From NCBI GenBank assembly GCA_001949185.1, contig BDGG01000015.1, positions 873,036 through 937,035 of the forward strand: a stretch of 64,000 nt of DNA. Direction: 5' to 3'. Positions 11,634 through 23,672 of the stretch are shown here, piece after piece. Position 1 is the first letter of the stretch; each line of letters opens with the position of its first letter. The notes beneath the pieces are model-generated. The model did not search any database. It saw nothing but the letters and a program-made list of their open reading frames with translations, and was not told the DNA's origin. The position numbers and the translations under genes were made by a program. Origin of the DNA: Ramazzottius varieornatus. Its lineage: Eukaryota; Animalia; Tardigrada.

Positions 11634-13209
11634 TTATAGGACAGGAACCTCGAAATTTCTCACATTCTGATCGGCGGAAAACGATTCATCGCTGCTGGTC
11701 ATATAGATACTCTGGGTAGGATCAATGTTCTCGACTTGAACATGAGCAAAGCGGAAGACATCGCTAAAAAGAGTGTGGGTGACAAGGTTGAGCTTGTATT
11801 TGGCCGCCAGACTCCACAGCCTGCGCGAGTGCTCCGAGTTCCTCTCCGGTATCTTCCCCAGGTACATGGCATCCAGCAGGAAGACCAGCTCTTCAATGGT
11901 GCTGTCGGTCTTATACACAAAAGGAATGCCTTGGTCTTCTTTGAGTAAGTCCCGAAAGAAGTCACTACTAGCCGCTAGGACAAAACGGTGACAGCGAACC
12001 CATTGGTAGTCGCTGGCCTGTAAGACCGCGTCGTGGTACTTCTCGTCTTCCCGCAGATGGGGTCGTGGACTGTGGTATGCTCCGATGTGGTGCTGCGATC
12101 GAAAGACCCGGCACTGGCGAGCCGCGTTGAATGTCACGTCCGGCTTGACGATCTGCAGTGTCACTACCAGGCAGAATCCGGACTTGTAGGTCTTTAGATC
12201 GCGGACCGAGGAGATCTTGGGCCAGCCGTGACCGGAAGTGCCGCGTTGGAACTCGTCGATTTTGTTGCGGGGGCACAGCATCAGGTTCTCAATGCTGGTC
12301 GCGATGATGGACTCTGTCTTCTCTGGACCGTTGACCACTGTAGCTGTTATTCGAGCCTCCACCATATCCGTCGGCGACTCCTGTCAAAGATCAACGAGGT
12401 CAAGTTGACTGCTCCAATGATAAATATTGAGATTTTTTGAAACAAAATTTAACTTCAAACTTTTTCTTTTTGTAAGCGGAAATGAAGGAAATCAAGCCGC
12501 TAGGTTTTTTCCAGACCGAAAGAAGATTAATGGATAATATCATCTGCTTTTTTTCTAGCAGTTTTCACATCAGTTTGATGATGCGCGAGTTGATCGAGGT
12601 GGGAAGTAGCAGCTTATCCTTTTACGTTACGGTTACCACCTAAATTCAAGGCACCTGCAAGCGGACGTACAGCGAAGCTGATTTGGTTTCATCATCTCCC
12701 TGTATGGGATGGAAGAGTCCCAGACCGTTGTAACCGGAAGGATGTCCGAGCGGGTAGAAATGGACTGCCCACTTGGTACCATAGGGACCTTGGTGTGTAC
12801 TACAAAAGACCGGTGCTTCCCTGTTGGTGTTCTGCTTGTTCATCTCGTAGATTTCTGGGTTGGACTTGATGACGATATGCATGAAGTCCCTCTCGATATC
12901 CGTCCGTGCGGAAGTATACTGTTCATAGGGAAATTCCGCCCTTCTTCGTTTGGCGAAACTGGTAAGGTCAGGCTGACTGTCCAGTGGGTCGGGGTTGTAG
13001 TCGGGATCCGACTCGTCTGTGTTGTATACCTCGGACTGCGACTGCGAGGGGTTGAAGGGATTGATGAGCTGGAATAAGCCCATGTCCATCTCGTCGAGGT
13101 CGCTCTCGTTCAGCTGTAAATGCACGGCGTCGACGATGTCGGCGAACGTCGGGTGAGGCGGATTCGTGGGAATGTCATCATGGTTGGAGGAATCGCTACT
13201 CTCATCCAT
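11634..13209 (-). CDS. MATH-BTB (SPOP-like) Cullin-3 adaptor, 2 exons
   Basis: MATH-like KWAVHFYPLGH...SLYVRL and GHGWPKI. BTB DAVLQASD...VRCHRFVLAASSDFFRDLL...LLDAMYLG...LWSLAAKYKL. Acidic N-terminus. Confidence 0.8.
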
Positions 13210-13489
13210 GCCTGCAATGTTGTTGATATAATGAAAATGAATAAAAAGAAAGTTTCAGTAGTATACACAACTTTTCTAACTGGTCTGTCGGAGTAAGCAA
13301 GTATACAGCCTCACAGTAAAACCCTACGATAATTATCGCTCGCGCAAGTGTAGTCCCGCTGACCCCTACCATATGGACCAGTTGCCGTGGGCCGGCAGAG
13401 AGCACGTCCTCAAGGGCTTCTCAAACCACGATGCGGATCCCAACTCGAAAGCCTGCGGGCACATAGATAGAAGATGCGATATATGGTAG

Positions 13490-13605
13490 ACGAAAAGAAG
13501 AATACATCCAGATCGTTTTGCTAGTGGCGCACGCTCTCAGCCAACAACGATGAAAACGTGCACCACTTAGACAGTCGTCTGGCTGAAATTATTTGCCAAC
13601 GTCCC
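13490..13605. repeat. Family A palindromic module, intergenic
   Basis: CCAGATCGTTTTGCTAGTGGCGCAC-N25-GTGCACCACTTAGACAGTCGTCTGG, followed by the terminal motif TTTGCCAACGTCCCA. Confidence 0.85.
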
Positions 13606-15290
13606 AAACGTGGTTCAAAATCGTGAAGACGAAAGACTGTGATGTGACGCAGATACCTCAGTCTTTAAACTTCAATGTGTGAGCCGAGGGGGGGGAAGGG
13701 GGGGAGCTGGCCAGTGTCCATTACGGAGGTGGAACCCGCCGGCATGATAGAGGGAAGCACAAGTAGATCCGAGACCGCTGAATTTGCTTCCGCGACTGCG
13801 ACCGGAAGTGAGAGCGAATGTGAAGTTAGACAATAGCGGTCAGGCGGAATGGCAATTGCAGAAAGCGGGATTGAGAAAAGGAAACTATACCGCGGCGTTG
13901 AACGAAGAAAACGTACTTACGGTGAGAGCTGCTTGAAAACGTGATGCAACGGATGAAGGTTGCCAGACGTAAAAGGACACCGACGTTCGAGTTTCGTGAT
14001 ACCTTCTGCTCCGCTGACGATAAGGCTGTCTGGTTCTCCTCCCTGCTTTTTCGTCCAATTTTGTCAAAAGAAACGCGTTGTAGAATGGGAAGGCTCATGT
14101 CAAGGCGGAAGTTGTAACGAACGGTCACAAGAAAAACCGCCTTCGAGATATAGAAACTGACCAGAAGGTGAAAATACACATGTGGCACCCTGCTTCAGTT
14201 TTGTGCTTACCATGCATTTTACGGTAAGGAAACTGTCACAGTGAAAGGCAATCACAATATGGCTCTGCGAAGAATCAAACATCTATCTCTCAATACCATC
14301 GCAAAGCGCAGAAACTATGGCGAGTGCATACAGTTCAAAAGTGGACAAAGCCATTCGACAAGAGCCGGGGAAAAAAACTCGGGCGGAAGTAAAACTTGAA
14401 AAACTCTTTAGAGATCAAAACTCACCCACAACTAAATTCTGACCACGAGATATCAAACCGACCGATAGAGAAAATAAGCTTACACAATGCACAAAATATC
14501 CTATGAAATCAAAACCCCGGAAGCTGGAAGGGCCAGTCGGGGATGGAGACTTGCTGGTCCGAGGGAACCATGGGCCAGAATTTGTGGTGCTTCGGTCCAT
14601 CCTTCAGCAGACCCTTTAACTGTCGCTGGAACGCAGCTCGCTCTTGCGGGGCAGTTTCTTTCGGTAGGGGGATGGCTGAGATGCCATAGAAGTCAAGGTT
14701 GAGGCAGTGGTCGGCCATCTTGTAAGGTGGCGCTGTCCTCCTGGCGTTTGGGAGAAGACACGAGCCAAGAAATGGACATGCCGCCAGCTCGATTCTGTGT
14801 CTCCTTGAAGAAGATACCGGTCGACTGCCGCTTCTGAACGAGACGGGGGAGGCTGTCGTACATGTCCAGGTAGCGACTAATGGCTTGACGGTACGACAAA
14901 CCGACAGCAGCAGCATCAGGCAGGGGATGGAAAAGGGTTCTTCTGAGAGGGCTTCTTCTTCGGACACAGCTTCCTCGTTGTCCCTCACATCTTTCTCCAA
15001 AACGCACTGAGGCAGCTGTACCTTCAGCTCCTCCAGCTGCTCCGAAGGAAGGCTTGCCGGCCACAGAAGCCGCTGCTGGTCCACTTGTGCGTGCAGCTGA
15101 CGGAGACGGGCCAAAGCGTCCACTTCCGCTCCGACTTCCGTGACCAAGTTGGGCAAACGAACCGCTGTGACATAGTTGTCGAGGGAACCATCCGCTGCAA
15201 AACATTCTTCTGTCAAATTTCGAAAAATTTAGACAAGCTAGATTTCAAAAGCTAGACTTCCTGCTTCCAAATATGCAAAATGCAGAAGAT

Positions 15291-15416
15291 TTGGAACGTG
15301 GGCAAATGATTTGAAGCAGATGGTTTCCTCAAGTGGCGCACCCTCTCGGCCCGCAGCAATGGGAAGGTGCGCCACTCAAGATGAGGATCTGGTTCAAAGC
15401 ATTTGCCCACCTCCCA
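15291..15416. repeat. Family A element with terminal inverted repeats and one internal unit
   Basis: TTGGAACGTGGGCAAATGATTTGAAGCAGATGG ... GTGGCGCAC-N25-GTGCGCCAC ... GATCTGGTTCAAAGCATTTGCCCACCTCCCA. Confidence 0.85.
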
Positions 15417-16214
15417 TATCTGTCATAGCTGAAAAGTGCTTATTGGCATCCTGCTGGACCGTCTTCATGGGAAAAAGACCTGTATGTCAAATTGGCAGTC
15501 GTGGAAGACGACTCGCATTGCTCGTGGCCACAACGGCCTGTCGTTGCACAGCACGATGTTCTCTGCCCACTCGCTATCGTGCATCAACGTACCGATGAGG
15601 ATGAACGTGTGGATGTGGTCGTGCTTGAAGAGGTAGCAGTTGATGGGCGACGGTGGGAAGAGCTGATCGGCGCGATAGCAAGTCGACCCAAGTCCGCTGG
15701 TCTCGAGCCACGCATAAGGCGCGTACTGGACGACCAGACATGTCACCCGCCCGCAGTCCCCCACGTGCCGGCTAAGACCACGGAAGACTTTGCTCAAGAC
15801 TGATTTAGTGCCATGAATGGTCTCATCGAGGTAGATATGGACACAGTTGTTGACTTGATCCCACAGTGGTGTTAAAAAGTCGTTCCATTGTTGGCATACT
15901 CTGTAAACATCATGCGTCAGAAAACTGGCGCTGGTTATGGTTAAGTTAAACTGGGGTAACGGACTAATGAGTATCACCTGCGGAAGCGACAGCGGAAGAG
16001 AATGTCGAAGTAGGACAAAAAAAACTGTCTGAAGGTCTCAATGGATGGAATCCCACTTTGATTGATGGCGGGCCAGTTCAAACTCATCCACATCTCGCAG
16101 GCGAACAGAGCAGCCATCGATGTACTGCAAACAAAGCTCGAGGTAACCAGTGAGTTTCGTCCATCATCAGGAATGGTAGAAAACATAGACGGGGCAAGCA
16201 TGTAGAAAATGAGT

Positions 16215-16390
16215 TAGACCAGATGGTTATCTGGAGTGGCGCACATTATCATCGTTTTCAACTGAAGGTACCGGTATGCTCCAGTTAAGAAGATATCAAA
16301 CTCGGCATGGTCGTTTCACCAAGTGGCGCACATTATCGTAGGTACTGACTGAAAATGTGCGCCACGTGAAAAACGATTTGGTTCAATTCT
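16215..16390. repeat. Family A element, two units, intronic
   Basis: GTGGCGCAC at 16236 and 16323; the second unit has a 25-bp spacer. Confidence 0.8.
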
Positions 16391-16439
16391 TACCTGTCAC
16401 TCCTTTTCGTGCATTGCTACGTCCACCTCTTCTTTGGCT

Positions 16440-17514
16440 TATAGTTGCTGGAAATTGTCAGATTTTGGCGAATTTAGCGAATGAAGGAGCGCATGCCGAG
16501 CGCGGTACTACACTACGACATGCACCTACCTACTGCAGCCCGACGCGCACCAGCACACATAAATTACGTTATGCGGAGGAAGAAACTGAAGTCTGATAAT
16601 CGAAAGTCTGATAATCGTGGAACTGAAGTCTGATAATCGAAAGACAACTTGATGGCGATTTCTTATTTACTGAGCATGATCAAATTTTTTGTATAACTAG
16701 GCAGCATTGTACAATTCCATATGTTGAAGACTATTACCAAACGTGTCAAAGTCTTTCAAGCGTCTCATATTGAAAGCAAAACTCATCAGAACTGCTATAT
16801 TATTTTTCTTCATCTGATATCGCTTTTTTCCAAAGAACGAGTTGATAACACTAAAACATCTCTCAACCTCCACCGAGTTAACTGGTGTCCATATATTCTG
16901 GAGAGCAATAGCATGCAAGACTGGTAGTTCCTTCGAGTGGCTTCTCCAGGACGAATCCAGGTTCTCCGCGTTGATGAACATGACTTCTTCAGCAATCTTC
17001 TGGTAGACCCTCCACTCATCCATCGGGATTGACTTATCCCTGTAACGCCCTGCTTTGGAAGGATGGTATCTCGCATGTTGGTCCATTCTCGGTCTTCCAT
17101 CATTCTCACAGCCTGGCTGGGCTCAAAAATTCTTACCCCCATCAGGAACTTAGACTCGGGATGTTCCTTGGAGACTTGATCCACTTTGGCTTTCGCTGCA
17201 GTGAGCGCAGCAACAAGCTGGGTCTTGCTTTCGGTGTACCAAAGTTTCCTTGTCCATCCGTTCGTTCTTCCTTCTGCTGGTGCGTGAGGATCCAGTTCGT
17301 TGTCCAACAGAAGACCCTCGAAAGTACTGGAGATTCTTGCCGTCGCTTCCAGCACATAAGGGGCATAAGGGGTATTTTCCCACTTACGCCATGGCAGCCA
17401 TCTGGCACGTACGTACAGCCAGCTGGCTACGAGTGCAGGCTATGTCGTAGCTGCGGCCAATCGCTCCGTTATGCTCCGCCCACCCTAGTCAATTGAAAAT
17501 TTCCAGCAACTCTA
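16440..17514 (-). mobile_element. Internally deleted hAT transposon with the transposase C-terminal half
   Basis: TIRs TATAGTTGCTGGAAATTGTCA / TGAAAATTTCCAGCAACTCTA and a degenerate 8-bp TSD CTTTGGCT / CTCTGGAT. hAT dimerisation domain W...LPVLHAIAL...PVNSVEVERCFS, frameshifted. Short GAAGTCTGATAATCG repeats at 16585-16641. Confidence 0.9.
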
Positions 17515-18078
17515 CTCTGGATGACAGTCCCAATATAGCAATATGCATCTTGCCTCAGGTAAATGACCGCACGGTGCTGCAGGATAATCGGCAAGAGGAA
17601 CTCCCGGATCTTGGCGGGCGTACAGCCGATTGGAAGTCGGTCCACGTCGGTCAGTCCACAAAGAAGCAAGCTGTATCCTCCAGGAGGACGCTCTTGTCCA
17701 GCCTCGGCCGGTCTCGTGTCCGTCGTCACGCTGATCTCCATCCCTCGGTCGTGCACCTGAAGGGAAAAGACTTCGTTACCGTGATATCAACTTTGAGAAG
17801 GCCAAAGAATGAAGGAGGAATAGCCACTGTCCGTCGATCAAGAATTCAGGAAAACTGACGAAGTCGATAAGTATCAAGCACTGCTGCACCGTGCAAAGCT
17901 TCTCAGAAGGGCGTGGCCAATTTGCAAAGCATGGAGCTGGCATCGAGAGAAAACAGTCTGCTTCGACCAACCAAAGTAGTTCTTTTGACTGTGAAAGAGC
18001 GTGCTGATCAGTTGAAGTGTGGCTAGTTTTTCTTCTGAATGCGCGCTCCACATTTCGTCATTTGGACACGCCGGTAGT

Positions 18079-19066
18079 GGTCTCATTAACAGCACTGTTG
18101 CGAACTTGCGATTCACAGCTACACGTCCCCGGTTTTTAACTGGTGGCTGCGTATCCTGATGCGACGCCTATTTCCAAGATGGCTCCTATTCGGATCACAG
18201 CAATGAGTTGATTGTCTTGATTGGCCAAAATGTCGTCAAAACCGGCAAAACGACTAATTCCTAAGACCTACTCCGCTTTTTAAAAATGACAACCTAGGTC
18301 CCAGAAACCACTTTCAGAAGTTCAGGTTCTTCACAAAACCTAGAGTTACTTGAAAAATGCACTGCAAGGTTCCTTGCAAACCCGGACAACACTGGCACAA
18401 AGGCATTCCAAGGTAAAATTACTCTAAGGTTAAAGTCATGTACGAATAAAGATGAAATCTGCCTAATAAATGGGTCTCAGGAACCAAGTTCAGCAGCCAA
18501 GAGGCCATATGTAAATGAGCTGGTTGCATCTAAACATGAGGTTCGCCCAGGTAGTCGCAACCTTGCCAGAAATCCGTCAAGCAACAGTTCACACATGCAC
18601 ACAATTTTTCAAATGTACCGGTCGTGGTCCAGCATGCTTGTTCATGCGAACCCTGAACCTCGCTACAAACTGAACAAATGATCGTCATGAGGATTTCACA
18701 GGGTAACGGGAAGCATGCACGGGGAAACTTCAGCTTCTGAGTCGGCTTGCCTTTGTGCCAGTGTTGTGCGGGTTTGCAAGGAATCTTACAGTGCATTTCT
18801 TAAGTAAATCTAGGTTTTGTGAAGAACCTGAACTTTTGAAAGTGTTTACTTGGACCTAGGTTGTCATTTTTAAAAAGCGGAGTAGGTCCTAGGAACTAGT
18901 CGTTTTGCCGGTTTTGACGACATTTTGGCCAATCAAGACAATAAACTTATCGCTGTGATCCGGGCAGGAACCATCTTGGAAATAGGCGTTGCATCAGGAT
19001 TCGCAGCCACCAGTTAAAAACCAGGGGGCGTGTAGCTGTGAATCGTACAGTGCTGTGAATGAGCCC
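18079..19066. mobile_element. Non-autonomous foldback DNA transposon (PIF/Harbinger-like)
   Basis: About 320-bp imperfect TIRs (18079-18405 / 18748-19066) starting GGTCTCATT / GGGCTCATT, with a 3-bp TSD AGT. No coding capacity seen. Confidence 0.85.
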
Positions 19067-19420
19067 AGTGCTCATGTAGTTCGTTCCATGTTAACGTAAT
19101 GTCATGTTATGTCGAACAAGTAAAACAATATAACAACAGTGCGCCAGTGCGCACTGTGTGGAACACTGGCACACTGAGTGGAACGATGGTGCGCGCACAA
19201 TGTGGGCATCTCAACGCGAAGGACCGTATGAAGCCTCCGCATTACGTCACTTGAATACATGCAGTACGCACGCGCAGCTCAAAAATCCAGAATTCCAAAT
19301 TTTCAACTTGCTGGATGAAGAGAATGCCTCCAAAAGTGTAACATCTTCCCACTAATCCGCTTCCCATGTTGTAACGTTCAGGCTTACCTCTACCCTGAAA
19401 CCTAACCCGGATACAGCAGA

Positions 19421-22400
19421 ATGGCGACGGAAACATCAGCCCTTCTTCCGGAGCCGGATCCAGAGCATCTGCCCTTCGACGACGATGTTTGCAGGGATAA
19501 ACTGCGCAAAGTCGGCCGGAGCGCAGAATCCATCAAATCCACATCGGTCTGGGTCTTTCACCATCGTCATCACCTCCAGCGTTTTGTGAAGATATGGATC
19601 TCCGAATTTCGTAAAGGTGGGAAACATCTTCGTCGATTTGTAATGGTTGAAAGAGGAACACTGCTTGATTTGACTGATTGATTTCTAACCATATTTATCT
19701 TGCGTTTTTGTTTTTATCTCATTTGCAGCATCCCCGAAGCACAGATTGAGCATGTACTATGTCGCCCATGAAACACTGGCTCTCTGCAAGAGAAAGAGAT
19801 ACGAGAAGGGCTTTACCACTTTCCAGTCGGTTCTGCGGGAAGCGACGGTGTATTCGAGGTGAGCCTCGAATGTTTTTATCAACGATGAACTGTTATAATC
19901 GGATATTCGAATTTCGCTTTATTACGTATGGTTCTTTCTCCTTTCAGGGATAAAGAATGTAAGAACGGAGTACGGAAAGTACTCAACATTTTTGCCGACG
20001 CCTCGTTCTTTCCCGAAGAGTTCATCAAGAATTTACGGGACGATCTGGAGAAGGGCAAATCCATGTCGAACTATAACAAGGTAGTTTTGAACGATTTCGA
20101 CCTCGAAGTCCTCAAGAACATCCATGAGCAAGTCGGCGAATTTCGCACGAAGACCCTGGAAAAGCTCGAGACACAGATGGAGGGGAAGAATGAAGAACTG
20201 GAGTATGGCGATCAAATAATCGCCAAAGTAAAAGGTACTATGTTGGAAAATTTGACACTAGCCAAGTTGATTGATGGACCTGATTGACTGATGGCGTTTG
20301 TGCCCGTCTTTCAAGTACCTGCATTTTTCCGGTCCGTAAGGAATTCACGGGGTCGAGTATCCAGGTCGTTGAAATCAGCGCCCGTTTCTTTTCTCGGCCT
20401 TCCTTGTGTATGTTTTTTTCTTATTAACACTATTCGGGCATGTTTTTTTCAGAGCACGCAAAAGGAAAAGACATTCTTGACACCTTCGACAAAGCTTTTG
20501 GGACCATGGAAGAGCTCGAGGAAGCTCGGGAACAGGATTTGAAGTACGACTACGACCTGCTGAACCAACTGGAGCTCCTGCGTATTCACTACAGCACCAC
20601 CGCCAAGGAAGCCGGCAAAGTCATCCTGGCCTACGGCAACTACGAAACGGTCCTTAAGAATGGAGTGCATCTGCTAGAAAAGTCTCAAAGTCTTCTCAGC
20701 ATTCCAATGCCCGCACTTCCGACCGCTCCTCGTCAACCGGCGAAATCCTGGAATGGAACAGACCAAGCCAACACCAGCATCGACACTATCGATATGGATA
20801 TGGGCTCCGATGACGAGAAAGAGCTGGAACTTCCAAGAATGGTAAACTTATATTGTTGTTCAACGTTTCCTCTGTTTCATTATTGGGTATCGTTTTTAGA
20901 TGGAAGAAAGTTTTCCGCCTCCGAGGAAAAGTCCATCGCCGTCCAAGTTCAGCGCCATGCTGTCTTCACTTCCCACTACTGACATCGCACAATCGCCGAT
21001 CTCCAAATTGGCTCCTGTAAACTACCAAGAGCAACCTGTCCAAAGTCAAATACTTTCCCCACCGGTTCTTCAAGCACCACAAACCCGATTTGGTCCTCCT
21101 CCGGGTGGCATGCTACCGCACCAGCAGCCACCGCTACTGCGAGGTCTCCTGCCCCAACCACCTCTCCTTCCTCAACCTTCGCTGCTTCGGCAGCCACAGA
21201 TGTACCAAAATTTCCCTCCAAAATACGGTAGGACAGTGTGACAAATTCAATTGGAAATAATTATGGTAGCTTTTTTTCCCAACCTGCCCAACGATGATAT
21301 GTCGTCGGTAAGTCGGTCACCGCCCGTACTGGAACATTGTCATATGCGGAATTTCAGGGGTGGCTGACTCATTTGTTTTGGCCGAGTTGGCTCATGCTGT
21401 CTGAACTCTAGTCCAAACTGAAGCCGCACATTCAGTTTACCAATTTCAGATCCGTTTGGTCCAGTACAAGGTGCGCCCGGTCCTTTTTACCGACAACCGC
21501 CGCCTCACCAGCAGTTTCCTCCCATGCATCCCGGTCACCAACAAGCACCCTACATGATGCAAGATGTGCGCTTCTACCGTCCACCACAAAGACCGCCCTT
21601 CCAACACAAGCCACGATCCCACCTGGCCGAAGTTCCCTACGCTCAAGCGTCTTTCCAGCCTGAAGGAACAAGACATACTACTCTTCTACCGAACCCAGGC
21701 CCAGCGCCTGTCCATGAAATGAATGGCCATGAAGAGTATCCCGACTACTCGCAGAGCGAACCGAATGGCCCATCGGTGAAAATGGAACAGGATACTAGTC
21801 TTGTACGGCCGGTGTCTAAAGAGTCCTCGCCGCTGCAGAAAGCGGCTTCGAAAATACCGGTCAGCTTCGACGAAGACAACTTTGAGAATGAAAGCGAGAC
21901 AGAGCAACCCATCAGGCCGCACGTCGGAAGGGATACGGTCGATACCCACGCTGCCTTCCTTCCAACGAACCATACCCCAGGTGCGTCACATTTTCTTCAT
22001 GGTTAGGATTCAATTTTGAAGTGAAGGGAGCAAATAATTGAGTACATGCATACGTGTAGTCGGGCATTTAGTGTGATAGTTGAGTACGCAGGTGCTTGAC
22101 GGATTACATGATCATGTACCTGCATACTGGAACATGCTGGTAAATGCCTTACTGTTTGTGTGTAGGTACGTACAGCTGCCTTGTGTGGTGGACTTTTGTT
22201 GTTCATTGCTTGTCTTCTTCAGGTTTTACTTGGCGGCCTGATTTGCAGAATTCACCGCCACGAAAACCCTTGCCACAGCAGTCTTTCATCACTCCCTATC
22301 GCGACAGTGAGATAGCGGGAAACAAGCGTCGGTTTGAGGAGCAACCAGGTGACGCCACGGGTGCCAACACGGTACCCGTTGCTCGGGTGAACTTTCAGAA

Positions 22401-22533
22401 CCATACCACTCCTGCCACCGAAGACATTCCTCTGCACGAAAGGCTACGACGCTTGGCGGAAGGCAACGCAGCCAACAAAAACATTGTCACGTTGACGTCG
22501 TCATCTGCGCGAGATCGGCACGAGAGGCGCTAA
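19421..22533 (+). CDS. CID-domain RNA Pol II CTD-binding protein (RPRD1/RPRD2 family)
   Basis: N-terminal CID KLRKVGRSAESIKSTSVWVFHHRHH...WISEFRK|ASPKHRLSMYYVAHE, a coiled-coil region and a long Pro/Gln-rich tail. Multi-exon. Confidence 0.8.
22040..22170. repeat. Family B palindromic module (2 units) in intron
   Basis: ACATGCATAC-N30-GTACGCAGGT (22044) and ACCTGCATAC-N30-GTGTGTAGGT (22118). Confidence 0.7.
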
Positions 22534-23150
22534 TGGCTAAGGCATGACAGTATACTTTCCCCACCTCTTTAACTTCTTCAGATTGTATTTTTCTTTTCCA
22601 GATGTCCTTCTGACATTTTCACAAGAGAAAGGTTGGCTTTGTTGAATTACTGTATCTTTGAGGATTTTGTTATAGTTTTCCGTGGGCGTCAAGTTGACGG
22701 CGGACAGAGAGACCTTTTCTGTGCTGTGTCGTCTTACGGTGTTGACTGTTTAATATTTCGCAAGACGGTGTATATAAAGCACGCCCAAGGTCGCTTCGTT
22801 TCCTCTGTACAAGTTTGCCACGAATGATATCACAAGAATGTCTGGGAGCGATCTGCGAGTGATATTTTTGATTTCTGTTGATACTGTTCATGGGATGCAA
22901 GATTTGTTCCCGCTTCAAGGCCTTCCATTCCAGCGCCAAGTCACTTGTGTTTGTTATTTCAAGCTTGACTGAACAGTCTTGGAGGAACTTTGCTCAATTC
23001 CGAGATGCTGTAAAAAGCGAATGGTTTCACTCCACCGTTCAAGACCGATTGATGAACGTGAAATCTTTTTTGAACTGTACGAGTTTGGCCCTTTGGGGGA
23101 AGGATGGAGGGGAAACGTGGGTCAAATGTTTCCGCGTCTTCTGTGATTAG

Positions 23151-23436
23151 TTTTGGTGGTCAACAGAAGGAGCTGACGAATCGGGCATGTGTCATCATTT
23201 TTTGCGGTGTGATCCTGACCTTGGCGGGAATGCTTTTGACGCTGCTGACGAGCCTGGGTTTCCGGACGTTCGTCAAATACCCGGTGTGGAGTCTCGTCGC
23301 TTGGATCGTCATCACTGCCGTCGGTGTTGTCCAAATCACCTTTGGCATTTTACTGCTCAAGAAAGAAACTCGAATACTGCGCAACAACTGGAGACCCAGA
23401 TTGCCGGGCCTAGTTACTCCTGTCAATCTGCCTTGA
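23151..23436 (+). CDS. Terminal exon of a small two-TM membrane protein (upstream exons unresolved)
   Basis: Two hydrophobic helices ACVIIFCGVILTLAGMLLTLLTSL and VWSLVAWIVITAVGVVQITFGILLL after a TAG acceptor. Confidence 0.4.
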
Positions 23437-23672
23437 ACTCTGTAATACATCGACATGTCACCTGGGCGGATATGGTGTGCGAAATTACACATGACGACAG
23501 TGTCCGTTAACTCCATCGTGTCCACTTCTGCCTTGTTTATACTGTACTTGTGCCAGTAAAACATATTCCATAGAGATACTTGATATGATTTTGTCTGAGG
23601 AAGAGATGTAACGACATTAGTTTTCAGAAGCTTAAGATAAAGCAGGGTTTGCCGGTTGGTGAAAGTTGGAAT

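Larger units (their letters stand above)
14509..17756 (-). pseudogene. RRM + F-box gene, disrupted (copy 1)
   Basis: RRM-like YSLLLCGL..PIGCTPAKIREFL..AYCYIG/LSAKEEVDVAMHEKE*Q|YIDGCSVRL. F-box KWDSIH*DLQTVFF/SYFDILFRCRFRR|VCQQWN. Stops, frameshifts and an exonic hAT insertion. Confidence 0.65.

Noticed and set aside
17776-18078. Possible CGGBP1-like or transposase N-terminus
   Set aside because: Only a vague resemblance, lies outside the hAT TIRs, and no consistent frame.
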